Notes: generated by a model not told the origin, from the sequence alone. DNA of 64,000 nucleotides from the human T2T-CHM13v2.0 reference genome, Homo sapiens (GCF_009914755.1 NC_060929.1), one strand, 5' to 3'; numbered from the stretch's first letter, positions 11,321 to 26,530 are shown. Numbers and translations are program-made.

Positions 11321-12382
11321 AGCAGGTCTCTAGGGAATGGGTCAGTGCTAGATTGTGCTGAACCTGGCCTGGGGGGCCTCGCTCTTCCCTCACTGTTCTG
11401 AGGCCCTGCATGGGAAATGCAAACTTGGTCTCTTCCTGACGAGCTCAGGCTCTGGGAAGCCTAGATAATAGTTCCCTCCACTGTTCACGATTGAGGACAC
11501 TGCAGACACAGACCCAGGTGTGTGAGACAGACAGAGGGATGGCTCAAGTGACTAGAGAATGGACAAAGAAACTTTTCCAATGACATTATGCTAGTAGCAA
11601 TGTTAAATTATGTTTCCTCCTATCTCACCCTTGATTCAAGGACCTCAGCCTTCCTCTTTTCTCTGTGCAAGATGAAACACTGATCACACTAATAAGAATG
11701 AATTTCTGAACTAGTCTATTCCCAAGCATTGCTAAGAGCATGTCAGCCTGTGAACCTATTCCCAGCCGTGGCTATAGAGCATGGAGCTGGCCTAGCCTGA
11801 GCACCCCTCCTTTCCTCGAAGCTTCCTGTTCTTCTCCACCCTGGCTCTGCCTCAACACCACTCCAGACCATTCACTATCAGGCCTTGTTCCTTTGTCTGA
11901 GACGCCATCGCTTGGGTATTTTCCCTGTCTAGACCTTGTCCCCAAGGACAGTCACCGGCCAGAGCTGGCCATCCACAGCCGTGGTCCTAGCCCAGAGTGG
12001 CTGCCAATTTGAACCTCTTGGTAATTAGGAAACACACTTTCTGTTGGGGAATGGGGCCCCTGAGTAGTAAAACAGGAAAGAGAAAAGAATGAGGTGTGTA
12101 TGGGGGTGCAGCCTAAGCTGTGACATTGGCCATAGTCTTGCTAATCTGTCACTCAGCAAATGCTCTCTGGTGGGGTTCACAGTGCTTGGGGAGAGAGACT
12201 GCTGCTGAGTGAGCAGTCCAGACCTTTAGACCCGTGGTGCGACTCGTGGTAATGAAGTAAGTGTCAGAAAGTGCCAGACTATCCTTACATCTGGTTCCTC
12301 AGGGCTGGCAGACAAAACTGGAATTACTCGGAAACAGATGTTGGTGGTTGATTTGGTGGACTTATTTGTGTATTTCCTCCAG

Positions 12383-12526
12383 GGTGTCAGGATCAAGATC
12401 AAATGTGTTCATGAGGTTTAAAACAACTGCCAAGGATGGCCTTTTGCTGTGGAGGGGAGACAGCCCCATGAGACCCAACAGCGACTTCATTTCCTTGGGC
12501 CTTCGGGATGGAGCCCTCGTGTTCAG
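12383..12526 (+). CDS. EGFLAM: EGFLAM coding exon (144 nt): [47 protein letters not shown](S), laminin-G3
   Basis: tttcctccag| acceptor, CAG|gtaacc donor. LamG motif [12 protein letters not shown]. Frame continuous with the previous exon. Confidence 0.97.
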
Positions 12527-12776
12527 GTAACCCCCTCTCCATCTGCCTTCAGCAGCACCTTGCGATTTTCTCAGACATTGCAGATCATGCCAGAGTGATT
12601 CAGAAGGGAGCCAGAACACAGTCTGCTGGAATTGGCTGAAGCCTGAAGCTTCAAGGCTTATTGGAAGCTCCTGGTCTTTCTTTCCAACATTCATCTTATA
12701 GAGCAGCAGTCAGCAAACTATGGCCTGCAGGCCAAATCTGACCCACCACTCTTTTTTGTAAATAAAGTCTTGCTGG

Positions 12777-13399
<623 letters not shown>

Positions 13400-14096
13400 T
13401 GTACTCTCTCATTTATATATTGCCTGTGGCCATGTTCATGCTACAATGGCACACTTGAGTAGCTTCAATAGGAACTGCATGGCAGAGCCTTAGGAATTGA
13501 CCGTCTAGCCCTGTGAGGAACAATTCTGTGCCCTTGTTCTAGTGTGTTACTGCTGCATGTTCCCTACTCATAAATTAGGAAGGGGCAGAAAGAAGACTTG
13601 GATACTGCCAAGCACAAAGGCCAAGCATAGAAGTGAGTACTCAGCCTAAGACTCAGCAGCTCAGGGAGGTCTAAAACCCTAAGCTCCAGGAGCCCTGACT
13701 TTAAATTCTGACTCTGCTCCCTGTTAGCTGTGTAGCTGTGGGAAGGAGAATCCCTGCTTTCAAGTCTCCTGCTGCCAGAGGAACAAAGCACAGATTCATG
13801 TCTCAATAGATCCACCCAACATGAGAGTTTTGTAAATACTTCTTGGGTGTTACCGATAACGCAGTGCCAGAAGTTCTTCCCTCTTTTAAGTGAATTTAGA
13901 CTGTTTCCAAATTTGTCAAATGCATAGCTATGAAGTGGTTAAAGAATTACCTGAATGAGTTCTCCCCACTCTTCTTACCAGATTGGGTGAAAGCTGAGCT
14001 TCCAAGGGGCAGGGCCTGTCTCGTGTAATATCAAAACACTTCTCTAGAGATTGTCATGGCACATCCTCACATGAGGTTAGACATCGCTCATCTAGA

Positions 14097-14283
14097 CAGT
14101 GGCTTTCCAAGTGTGGTCCCCAGACCAGCAGCCCCAGCATCACCTGGGAACTTGTTAGAAATCCACGTTCTCAGGCCCCAACCTGATCTACTGAACCAGA
14201 AACACTCTAGGGGTGGGGTCCAGCAATCCGTGTGGTAACCGCTTCCCCAGACGATTCTGATACCCTCAAAGCTTTGAGTTCCA
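14097..14283. mobile_element. MER5A-like DNA transposon relic
   Basis: cagcatcacctgggaacttgttagaaat...ctcaggcccca...gattctgat. Confidence 0.8.
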
Positions 14284-17200
14284 TGGGGGAACTCATTTCT
14301 TGGACTTCTACTTCTTAATTCACCCTCTGATGACTAGCTCAAGTGTTTGCTAAATGATATGAAAGTAATTGAATTGAAATAGACAAAGCAGGGATCACTA
14401 AACAGTGGAGAAGCTGAAGACTTAATTCTGGGGCTTCTGTTGGTCCTGTGCTAAGATTACTGACAGCCCAAGTAGGATAACAGAAATCTTTCTGTTTGAA
14501 TAAAAGGCATTTTGAGAGGAAATGTCACTTGTCCAATGTTATGCTATTCCCTAAATAGCAGAGCATGCTAAGTGACTCCATCTTATGATTGTTGGGGACT
14601 TTGGAGACTCATATGTAGTTGAGGCTGGATGCTGGCAGGTGAGAGGCAGCTTCTCACCATCTCTGCCTTCCTGTCCTCCGTAGCCTCCCACCCATTGCTA
14701 GCCCAGAGGTTGAACACGGAGCTCTTCACACCCTATTTCAGGCTGGCTGCCTTGAAGCCATTTTCTTATGGTTTTCCTGTGGTTAACCTCATCAAGGCCT
14801 CAAGTACTTGATTGTGCCCAGAAAAGAGAACCGAAACAGAAGCTCAGCTGTGGGTGGGATGGTCCAACTTCCCCCTAAACTGCCAGCTGAATCTATTCAC
14901 CACCCATTCTACTCCAGTAGGGAAACAGCTCCCACCAGCTCCCATGCCCAGCCCTGGAGAGCCCCCTCCCCTCTCCCACCTGCTTAGGATCCTTCAAAGA
15001 GCTCTGCTTTATCCTGAACATACTTCTTGTTACCATTTCTTTCTCAGGATTCTGAAAATTGGCCCTCTGTTTTTCTTCCAATCCTGGAGTTCTGATTGTG
15101 ATCTGTGTAAGACACACTGCTGAACCCAGGCCGAGGTCGACTTCTGTGCCTGCTCTGGTCCTGGAGCCGCCCCATTGCTGCCACTCTGTTCTTCCTCCAT
15201 CTGGGCTGTTATCCCACCACATCAATGTCCCCGATGCTGATGTAGGGAAGCGTACCGGCGGGCTGGGGACAGAGAGGAATTCCAGTGTAGGCCAGTGGTT
15301 TGAAGATGTCAGCGGTGTGGTGGGCACCGGGTCTGATTAGAAACAAGCACCCGGGTGTTTCCGGGACCCATGCCCTGAGAAACAGGGTCTGAAGTGGCTT
15401 TGGAATCACACATGCCTGATCCCCCACGTGGGCTCATGAGTTACCTAAATCTCAGCCTCTGTCCCCTCCTTGCAAAACGACAGGGTTCGCTGTAAAGATT
15501 AAATGAATGAATTCATGTAAGGGGTTCAGTGTGGGGTCAGGTGTAGCTAATTAATGATAATGATAAGAAAAATTATGATCCTTGCTCAAGCATTTTCTGA
15601 GTCTTAGAAGCCTTTACCTCAGAGAGAGAACACGTAGTTATTATTAAAATGTAGTTCTTATTTTTATTATTGTTATTGTTATTTTTAATAAGTCACGGGC
15701 CCTGCGCCCAAGGGGCACAGATCTGTGCAGTCTGGAGAGTGAATTGTTCTACAGAGCAGACAAATCGTTCTTGAGGTTTCAGTGTTTGATCCAGGCTCAA
15801 AGCAGATGGAAGAGGAACCCTAAGATAATAAAATATAGTCCCAACTTTCATGACTTTCTTTACCTAAAAGCTGGTTCTTTGGCTAATTTAGTGCTCAAAG
15901 GCTTTCTGCCAGAGAATAGGGAAAAACAATGGGATTCTAAAAATGTATATATGTATATATATTTATAGTTTTGGTGCAAGATTTAGCAGAAAAAATAAGG
16001 AAATCAAAGTGCTCAGTGAAAATGAGTGTGTTTTTCTGTTTTCTGTTTTGTTTTTGTTTTGTTTCATTTTGTTTTGTGATTGTATGTGGGGCATAAAACC
16101 TACCACCGGTGGGGTTTGTGAACATTGCTTGACTGTTCACAGTGAACACTGCCCGCTTAGTTTCACCTCATCACATCTTCATGCAACGAAGAGGGGGAAG
16201 AGACTTGACATTAGCAAAGTGCCTTGTGCTACAATTTAAAGGGGGCATGATTAAAAGTGCCACCACAGGAAAGCAGGAAGGTGGCCGAGTGGTTTCCAAA
16301 AGGCCTCACCTGAAGGTATTTCCGGGTGGCCCACCTTGGTGCTCTGGCTCACAGCCTCTAGTGCACACCAAGCTGAGTGGCTCAGAATAACCCATCATGG
16401 CAACCAGGTTCCCAAGACGTGGGTAGAGAAGTTAGACATACATTCTTATATCTGTTTGTTTCTACATTTTTATACTGAGGCATACCTTCCATGCCATGCA
16501 CACCTGTTCAGTGTAGAGCTTGATACATTTAGAATATGTAAACACTGAATCACTGTCACCCAGAACAAGATATAGAACATGTCCACCACCCAAAAATGCT
16601 CCCTCATTCTTCTCCCAGTGAAGGTAACCACTCTTCTTGGTCATTTATGATTATATACACGAGGGAGCTTTTCCAGGGTGAGTATCAGCACGTCAGAGGA
16701 AGCGGGAGGTTCTTTGGAGGGTCTGAAATCAGATGGAATTGAAGGGTTGGGGAATCGGGCCATGGAGAAGCCAACTGAGTTGCCCCCTCCCACAGTGATG
16801 GCTGGATTCCTGTCTGCCAGGTTCACGGTTGACTCCCTAGAGCACATTCTAGCTCTTGGCCTGAACAGGAGAGTTGTCGGGCTGCAGAACAGAAGGAAGG
16901 GCACCCTTTGTCTAGATGGGCTCTTAGACAACTGAAAAGGTTTTCATTCACTGCACCACAATCATGTTCCAATCCAGCCTCCCTTCACGTACACAGCCAG
17001 ATCACCTTGATTCTGAGATCTGGGTGTTCCGGACTGCTTTGGTTATATATTGACAGCTTGTTGGCTTACTTTCACACATGGCTAGTCTTCAGAAGAGGTG
17101 TGACATATTCAAGCCTTGGTGGCAACTTTCTCCTTCCTACCAGTCCCTTGGGGTGCATTGTCAACCCCGTATCCAAGCTGCACTAAGTGCTGCCTCTGTT

Positions 17201-18319
17201 GGGAGTGGTGGGATTTTTCATTTGGCTCCTACGATGTGCAGTGCTTCCTACATATGTCATGTTACTTAGCATTCCCTAGGATTCTTCAGGGAAGGGATTA
17301 TTATCCCCGTTTGACAGATGAGAATATGAAGCAAGTTGCCCAAGGTCACAGAGCTGTTAACTAGCGAGTCTGGGGATCAAGGCAGGTCCGTTGAATCTGA
17401 GTGTCCGTGCTCTTTCTATCACCCCACGCTGCCTCTCAGAACGGCCATAGATAGTAATTCAGCTAAGTTTCTGCCCACCAGCAACTCGCCCTACTTCCTA
17501 TTCATTCAAGAAGTATTTAGCCACCAAATCATGAAATCTCAAAATTCCGCCACCAGGCTGCTTTATACAAGGAGGTACTTGATGTGGGAAAACTCATTAG
17601 AAAACAGTGGACTTTTCAGGGTCAGAGTGGCAGCTTTGTCCCAGGGTTTGTCAAGTCACCCCAAGTCCTATTCTTGGTTAAATGTCAATGGGCTGTGTGA
17701 GTTCTTCGAGCCTCCATTATTAAAGGAATGATCTATGGTGCTTTCTCTGGAGAAAGCCAAGCACTTTCTATTCTTGCTGTTTTCTCAGAATGAGTACATG
17801 CCAGTGCTTGTTAACTCATCCAGATTTTCTCTCGACATCCCTCTCTCTTGGGCAATGAGGTGAAGGAGAGATATGTCCTCTTACAAAATGAGGAGGGAGT
17901 CATCCCAGGTGGAACATACTTCCCTTCAAAAGCTTGATGGCCTAGGCTTTATTGTATTATCCAGGGAAAGTCTGGGCAGTTGGCCCAGTGCCCGGGCTAG
18001 AGTAGTCACTCACTAAATATTTGTCGAATTAAATTTAATTAGAATAATTGAATGAACACTGGATTAAGGGGGATATTTCTCTCTGGTAACAACATGTTCA
18101 TGTTTTCTGAAACCCTTATGGTATCGGGGTATCTGGGAACTGAAATAGAAAATAGGAAGCCACTAGAGAAACCTGATAGCAGAGTTAAATGGATAAGGGC
18201 AGAGGATACACCAAGTTCAAGTTCTACATTAGGTTTGTGATTTTAGGCAAATTCCCTTAATCTCTCTGGGGCTCACCCTACTCTGCAATGTTCATTTTTT
18301 TTTAAAAAGTGAAAACAGA

Positions 18320-18785
18320 TGCATTCATTTCTTAGGGCTCTGATAATACATGACCACAAATTAGGTGGCTTAAAACAATAGAAGTGGGCTCTCTCACAGT
18401 TCTGAAGGCTAGAAATCCACCATGCAGTGCAAGGGTTGGCTTCTTCTGGAGGGTCTCAGGGAGAATCGGCTCCATGCCTGTCCCCCAGGTTCTGGTGGTG
18501 GCTGGCAGCCCTTGGCATTCCTTGGCTTGGAGATGCCCCATTCCAGTCCCTGCCTCCAGTTTCCCATGGCTTTCCCTGTCTCTGTGTGTCTCTGGCTCCA
18601 TGTCCAAATCTCTTCTCATAAAGATACCAGTTATATTGGATCCATGGCTGCCCTAATCCAGTATGACTTCATTTTAACTAATGAATCTGCAAAGACCCTA
18701 TTTTCAAATAAGTAACATTCTGAGGCTCTGGGTAGACATGAATTTGGCGGGTGGAGGGAGGGGGCAGACCATCATCGTAACATAG
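18320..18785. mobile_element. MaLR LTR (MLT1-family)
   Basis: ggtggcttaaaacaa...tctcacagttctgaaggctagaaatcc...tctgcaaagaccctatttt. Confidence 0.8.
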
Positions 18786-18869
18786 TATAAAACATTACAC
18801 ATGATAAAGCCCTTCTTGTTATTCCTGATACTTTAGTACTGATGTTGCCTTACATGAGGGCATTAAAAA

Positions 18870-19190
18870 ACAATCTTGATAACATTATGCTAAGTGAAGT
18901 AAGCCAGTCACAGTCACAAAAAAGACAAATACTCTATGATGCCACTCATATGAGGTATGTAGAAGAATCAAATCCACAGAGTCAGAAGGTAGAAGGCTGG
19001 TTGTCAGGGGCTGGGGGGAGGGAAGAATGAGGGGTTATTATTTAATGCAATGCTTTTGTTTTGTAAGATGAGTTTTGGAAATTGCCAGCCCAACAATATG
19101 AATATGTACTTAATGCTGCGGCACTGTATGCTTAAAAATGGTTACGATGGCCATGGTTATGTTACATATATTTTACCATAATTTAAAAGT
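18870..19190 (+). mobile_element. L1M (L1MB-like) 3' fragment
   Basis: aacattatgctaagtgaagtaagccagtcaca...gtacttaatgc...cttaaaaatggtt. Confidence 0.8.
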
Positions 19191-19378
19191 TTAATAATTT
19201 TTAATTTCATGAACCAGCCTAGAAACCCAACAACTTTTATAACACTCTTGTTTTTTGTTAAGGAAACTGCACTCTGAGTTGCAAAGAACTTTTGCCCTGA
19301 GAATCGTCTGTGAACCGTGTCTGCTTATGCCTCAGTGTTTTATTCTGTTCTCTGTCTTCTTCTTCTCCAATGCCTTAG

Positions 19379-19462
19379 CTATAACCTGGGCAGTGGTGTG
19401 GCATCCATCATGGTGAATGGCTCCTTCAACGATGGTCGGTGGCACCGAGTTAAGGCCGTTAG
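19379..19462 (+). CDS. EGFLAM: EGFLAM coding exon (84 nt): [27 protein letters not shown](R)
   Basis: Long pyrimidine tract then ccttag| acceptor, TAG|gtgagt donor. Classic LamG motifs YNLGSG and NDGRWHRV. Confidence 0.97.
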
Positions 19463-19766
19463 GTGAGTCCCTCCCGCAGCATGAGGCAGAGCCAGAGCTG
19501 AGCAGTGGTGGGATGTGGTGTCCAGTTCCCTTGTAGTCCCACTGTCCTGTTCCCCAACTTTGCCTGGCATCCTAGTTACCCCTGATCCAGGGCATTCAGG
19601 GAATTTTCTACCAATTCCCGCTGTGCCCTACATTGACACTATCAGGCCAGGGAAACTGAACCCCCAAACCTTCATTAAGCAGTAACCTTCTGGAGAAGAA
19701 ACCTTTTGATGGCTGATCTGGAAGAACCTTGAGAGTTCAGTGTATGTGGACTTTAAAGAATGTTTG

Positions 19767-20053
19767 GGCCGGGCATGGTGGCTGACACCTGGAATACCAG
19801 CACTTGGGGAGGCCGAGGTGGGTGGATCACCTGAGCTCAGGAGTTTGAAACCAGCCTGAGTTACATGGCGAAACCCTGTCTCTACAAAAAATACAAAAAT
19901 TGGCTGGATGTGGTGGCACACGCCTGTAATCCTAACTACTCGGGAGGCTGAGGTGGGAGGACCGCTTAAGCCTGGGAGGTGGAGGTAGCAGGATCATGCC
20001 ATTGCACTCCAGCCTGGGTGACAGAGTGAGACCCCATCTCAAAAAAAAAAAAA
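19767..20053 (+). mobile_element. Alu (AluJ-like, small internal deletion)
   Basis: Diverged dimer and poly-A. Confidence 0.9.
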
Positions 20054-20100
20054 GACTTTCAAATCTCATTGTACAGGCAATCCTCCCCCCTCCCTCTGGC

Positions 20101-20397
<297 letters not shown>

Positions 20398-20802
20398 TAA
20401 ACCTTAGAACCTGACTGTATTTCACTCAGCCCCAATTACATATCTCCCCCATCACAGAGGTAATCACCATCCTGACTTCTGATTAACTTTGGATGAATCA
20501 TTCCTTTGCTCTTCTTTATATAATAGTTTTACTATTAATACCTTTGTCCATATTTCTAACAACATATTTTCAGAAACGAAATAGCAGGCTGAAACTTAGA
20601 AATGTCAATCTCGCAAGTTAGATGAAGGTCCCAGGAGAAGATAAGCTGAAATGAAGGTCTGGTTGGGGTTCCCTGAGAATTTATCATAACCCTTTCTGGG
20701 GAAGCCAGTGGGTAAAGTCATGAGTGAGGCCTGGGAAACATGGCGCCCACCATGGCTACTTTCCTACTCAGCTCCCATATAGGCTGCAATGGGGAGAGAC
20801 TT

Positions 20803-20876
20803 GCTGGGCCCCCAACCCCTGGCTGCTGGGCCCCCAACCCCTGGCTGCTGGGCCCCCAACCCCTGGCTGTTGGGCC
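20803..20876 (+). repeat. 22-bp minisatellite (GCTGGGCCCCCAACCCCTGGCT), ~3.3 copies
   Basis: Three perfect copies starting at 20803, 20825 and 20847. Confidence 0.95.
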
Positions 20877-22936
20877 TGCCTTTGAAACCCTAGAGGAAAT
20901 GGGGATACAGAGGCAGATCTGTGCCTCTCAGCTTCCCAGATGGTCTAGAAAGCCCTTGAGACAGAGGTTGATTTTGATGAAGTCTCAACTCTAACTTTCT
21001 GAAAAAAGAAATGTTGTCCCATCATGAATATCCACATGCTTGGATTTCAAATAGTTTCTAGACTACAAGTTAAAAATTCAGAGCCCAGCCTAACTCCAAA
21101 ATACTCCAAACTCTATGGCTTCTAACTTCTTCATTTCTGCCTCTTACCCATCTTTAAAGGGGCTTGGCCAGAGACATCCAAAGGAATATGAAATGCTTGA
21201 GCTCTTTACCTCTAACCACACTTGATCCCTACAAATCCCCACCCTGGGAACATCAGGGAACAACACCCTTCTCCCAGTTTCCTTGGGTGGAGATCATTGG
21301 TAGAATACTCACACATTGTGGAATAATTTTTAAGCCTTCCCAGTTGTTGTTGGGGTTTGATTATGTGTATCAAGATACACTCTGGTGAGGATACCAGGCA
21401 CTTCCTAGACATCTAAGGAAACTGATGTTAAATGATCTTCCCCTAGACTATACAACTGTTTGTGGGAAAAGCCAAGATTAGAATCCCAGCTCAAAGCCCT
21501 TTCCATCCTACCCCATGATGAAACCCACCCAAAGCTAGGATTTCAGATGTTTGGGAGGGATAAGGCAGTGGAATGTTCTACAGGAAGAATTTCACATGTC
21601 AGAGTGTCAAGCTGGGCACCATGCAGATGGCTTAGCAGACTTGGCTTTTCCTGTTGGCATCATGGATACCTCTGCTGGTGGGTCTTAGGTTGCAATGAGG
21701 GCTGAACAGAAGGAGTCGAGCCCAGGAACTAGATGAATGGGAGGATTCCAGCAGATACTGTGAGTTGTGAGCAGACAGGCCTAGAAGGGAAGAGTTCTCA
21801 GGGGGAACTGGGTCAAGGCCATGGATATCAATTATGGCAAGAAGGATTGAGCAGATACCTTAATTCTCTGTAGCAGGCTCCAGGGTTAGAGATAGGAGTG
21901 TCAATGAAAAGGAGATTGCCCAGGGGGCCTTGCTTTGGACAGTGTCTTGCTCTGGGGCATCCTGCTCTTGCAGGCATTAATCCCAGCAGAAAAGAGAAAA
22001 TAAATTCCAGTTTATTAAACATCTCCAGTTGCCAGGTACTTTTCATACTTTGTCTCAATATTCACAGCAACTTAGGTTTTATAATCTTCATTTTATGGAT
22101 AAAAATGATAATGATATTGATAACAATAACAACACACTCCTCTACCAGTCTTTATAGAGCAAGATGTGTATCAGGTATCATGCCCTGTGCTTTGTACGCA
22201 TAACATCTGATCTCCACAATAATCTCGGGAGATGGGCATAGCTATTCCCATCTTAGGTGAGGATGCTGAAGCTCCACAGATTCACTGTTCATTCATCATC
22301 TGGGATGAGCCTTATATCATTCCAGACACAGGAGATACCTCATTGAAGAAAATTAACATCCTTGCCTTGATGGTCTTGCATTCTAATGGGAAGCAACAGA
22401 CAATAAGTAATAAACATGATAAAGAAGCATGTTATTATGCTAGAAGGTGATGCCACATTTTTTCAAATCTAAGATGCCATTGATTATAAGGTATATCTTC
22501 ATTTTAGATATAAAAAATGAAAAACTCTTAGACTTTATGAACTAGAGTAAGTAGAAAAAAATGGAATATTTTAGAGTAATTAATTTTTTTTTTTAAAGGC
22601 AGGGCAAGCAAGGCAAGCTGTTGCGGGTTCTGCCTGTCACAGCATTCAGATACAGGATTCTAAGAAAGCACTTCCCAAATGGGAAGTTTGTGGTCTCAAA
22701 GATGGGGACAGAACAAGAGAAAGTTCTGTAAATCTCTAGAAGAGTTGCTATCAAGAAGTGAAGCCTGAGTGAGTCCACCCCCTAGTGCTATAGAAGCAAA
22801 TGTATTTGCTTGAACAAGGCTCATGGGGCTGGATAGGTTTGAAAAATAGCTTTGAAAACTACAAAGCCCTTGCCACCAATGAACACCTCCCTCTTCCTGT
22901 CGTCAGAGTCACTTTAGGGCTCTGTGGGTCCTTTAG

Positions 22937-23260
<324 letters not shown>

Positions 23261-23569
23261 CAGAAACTTCTGAGCCAGTCTTCCCATCGAATGATCTTAT
23301 ACCTACAAAAACTGCTTCATTGGCTTCTCATTGTACTTAGAATCCCAGCTCCCCATGGCTTCCCATGCCTCGCCACAAGCTCTCCTCCCCTGGGCTTCAC
23401 CTGAAATTTCTTCCCTGGCCCGCTGTCACCTTCAGGATAAATTCTCAACTCCTTACAAGCGGTTGACCGTTTGCTTGGGGCTTCACCTTTCCCAGCCCCA
23501 GTGTTCTGTGAGTTCCATCTGTGCTAACCCCTGCTCTTTCTCTTTGCTGTTGTTGCTTTCTCTGTTTGC

Positions 23570-23926
23570 ATAGCCTTCTCCTTCACTTGACTTACCTACC
23601 CAGCCTACAAGACTCATTTTGGACAGAATCTCCTCTGAGCAGCTTTTTCTGACCATCTCTCTAATAACTGTCCTCTCTCTAGTCTAAGTTAGGCGCTGCT
23701 CCTCTGGTGTAATTCCACAGCACCCTTGTGGTCTTCGCCGTGGAGTGCTGGCACTGTGTTGTCATTCACAGTTTGACTTTTTGTCTTCCTCAGTAGACCA
23801 CAGGCTCCTGAGGGCCACACATTTGCTTTTTGCTTTGATTTCTGCAGCCCCATCATTTAGCACAGTACCTGGCACATAGTGTGTCCTTTAATACATTTGT
23901 ATTGAAATGAATGAATGATTGAATGA
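23570..23926. mobile_element. L2 3' relic
   Basis: tagcacagtacctggcacatag...tgaatgaatga terminus. Confidence 0.65.
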
Positions 23927-23976
23927 ACTCCAAAAATGCCAGGCTTTTTGTTCTTTTTTGTTTTGGTGTTTTGCAG

Positions 23977-24080
23977 GGATGGCCAGTCAGGAAAGATAAC
24001 CGTGGATGACTATGGAGCCAGAACAGGCAAATCCCCAGGCATGATGCGGCAGCTTAACATCAATGGAGCTCTGTATGTGG
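23977..24080 (+). CDS. EGFLAM: EGFLAM coding exon (104 nt): [34 protein letters not shown](G)
   Basis: tttgcag| acceptor, TGG|gtaagt donor. The LamG LYVGG motif spans the junction. Confidence 0.97.
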
Positions 24081-24900
24081 GTAAGTGACCGACCCTCGAC
24101 CAAAGCAAAATTAGGCCAGTGCTTTTCTTGTTAGTCTTCCATTTGCTGTGCCGAGGCTATGTACTTTGCTGGATCAAATACCTGTAAATCAGGAAGCCCT
24201 CCAGATATTCCATTCCTTCATTTTCTGAACTGCTGACTCATGGCTGAGGGGGCAGGAAGGGCTCCCTTCGATGCTTTTATGCTTTGGACAGATCCACCAG
24301 GAAAACCAGGCTTTTCTTGTTTATAGAACAGGAACCTGCTAAATATAGCTCCATGAGTTCTCTCTGACAAAACGGGACCTGTCTTTCTTTCCCCTTGCAG
24401 AATAGAATGACTAGTATTTCTGTAAATGGCTTATTATAATTAATTCACTAGTGCAGACACATAAAAATGAAAAGCTATTTTTATCTATATGATATTTTCT
24501 ATTGAAAGCATTCGACATCAGTGCATTTGTTTTGGTTTAAGATGACATCACTTCTAACTACACACTGCATTCTGTTGACATTATACCACACTTCAAAATT
24601 TACTAGACACTATTTGGTCTCAAGGTGGTCAGTTGGGCCAGAAATCACACATGAGGAATGAATTTATAGCTTTTGATTGTGTAAAAACTGATCCAAGTCA
24701 ATCTGTTCCTTCAAGGATAATTATAAAATTGAGAGAGGTGAGGTACTGAGCAGCTCAAGGGGCCCACAGCCCTCACATGTCCCATGAATCAAGGGATGCC
24801 TTGGCCAGCAGCCATTCAAGTGCCCCAAACTGGAACCCCGACCTTGCCCTGCGGACACCTGTCCTTTGGCTCACCTCATCTCCCTCTTGCTTCCTGGCAG

Positions 24901-25055
24901 GTGGAATGAAGGAAATTGCTCTGCACACTAACAGGCAATATATGAGAGGGCTCGTGGGCTGTATCTCTCACTTCACCCTGTCCACCGATTACCACATTTC
25001 CCTCGTGGAAGATGCCGTGGATGGGAAAAACATCAACACTTGTGGAGCCAAGTAA
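24901..25055 (+). CDS. EGFLAM: EGFLAM terminal coding exon: [50 protein letters not shown]
   Basis: cttcctggcag| acceptor, LamG GCI motif, TAA at 25053-25055. Confidence 0.97.
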
Positions 25056-25595
25056 CACCAGCTGGCCTTGTCCAAGGGACAGAGCCTTCTATTCTGAGAA
25101 TCCCAGGGGCCCTCAGACCCTGCCTGATGCTATATGCAGAGGCCCAGGGACCAGGTGTGTTTCCTCTCACCAAGAAGAAAGTACACACTGATGAGAAACT
25201 GAGAACCAAGACAGGCATCCCTGGGTGGCCTTTCCTGCTGACACTCCACGAGCTGACCCAGCAGAATTCTCTGTGTAGGAAGCATCGGACTTTGTCCATT
25301 GAATATGTAGCGGCTGCCAGAGATCACACATCAATGCAAATTCCAGAGCCTGTCTGCTATAGCTCAGTGACTGTGTTGTGATTCATAGTACATTAAAAAG
25401 AGAGAGAGAGAGAAAGAATCCCACAGGGCACTATTAAAATACTTCTCTCCTTCCCTGACTCATGACACTCTTCCTGACAGCAGAATGACTGTGTGACCTT
25501 GAACTTCACATTTCCCACATTGGCCCTTGGATTGTTCGGATTAACCCCTTCCACTCCTCACTGGCTGGTTCACTGTGTTCTGACTAGTCCATAAA

Positions 25596-25601
25596 AATAA
25601 A
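25596..25601 (+). terminator. Candidate proximal EGFLAM polyadenylation signal
   Basis: AATAAA about 540 nt after the stop codon. Confidence 0.55.
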
Positions 25602-26530
25602 GATGGAAGGAGATCAAACACAGAATCATAATCATAATGCGGCCCCCTTCCCCAGAGCTTACCTCGAATGTGAAATCCCTACTTCTTATAATGCAGAGTT
25701 AAGGAGCTGAGCCCCCATGATTTTGTAGCTGTACTTTTGTATGTGTATATTTTTATAGCTGCAGATTGTCCACACAGTATACTTTTGGAAGTTTGGGTGG
25801 ATGACTCTGAATTCTTGCACACCTTTCCTAAAAATTTCTCCCAAGAGAGACTTGTTTGGGCCTTTTGTGGTGTCAGTGGAATGGATAGGTAACTTGGGTG
25901 GGCAACTTGGGGAGCTGACCATTCTCTTTTGGTAAATGTTGACGGCTCAAGAGGATGAATATGAAGCTTTCCAAGATAAGCAGATTAAAAGGAACATGTG
26001 TTACCGAGGTAGGTCACTGTCATTTTTGTTTTAAGAGTTGGGGGGAGTATCTATAGTAAACTTGAATAAAGGGGACAAAGCTAGAACTTATTCATTCATT
26101 CATTCACTTATGGAGTTGTTACTGATTTTGCGGAGGTCAGGTTCATACCAATGGACACTAATACAATCAGTGTTCCCAAGGCTGTGCAGGGGTGGGGGGA
26201 CATGCTGTCAGGATGGTCTGAGCATCTGGGTGAGAACCAGAGAAACAGGACTTCTTCCTTCTGTACCATGAGCTGTGTCCCTTTACTATGCAAGCACATG
26301 ACCCCAGAGACAGCTGGTTCACTGGCAGATCCCCATGATGGACTTACTAAGGGAAAGGTGAGATGAACACTGCCCCCAAGGAGGGGGTGAAATATGATCT
26401 AACTTATGCAAGAGCCTATAATTAGTCCCAGTCTCGACTCTACATTTGTTTGTGCAGCATTCATTCAGCAAAGACTTTTGGGGTTTGTGCAAGGCACAGT
26501 TTTAAGCACATAATGTAATTCTAAAAGATG

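Noticed and set aside
9448-12382. Search for an agrin z-type microexon in the intron that appears to align with the agrin z site
   Set aside because: I saw no short frame-preserving exon with convincing splice sites by eye, though this cannot be excluded without computation.
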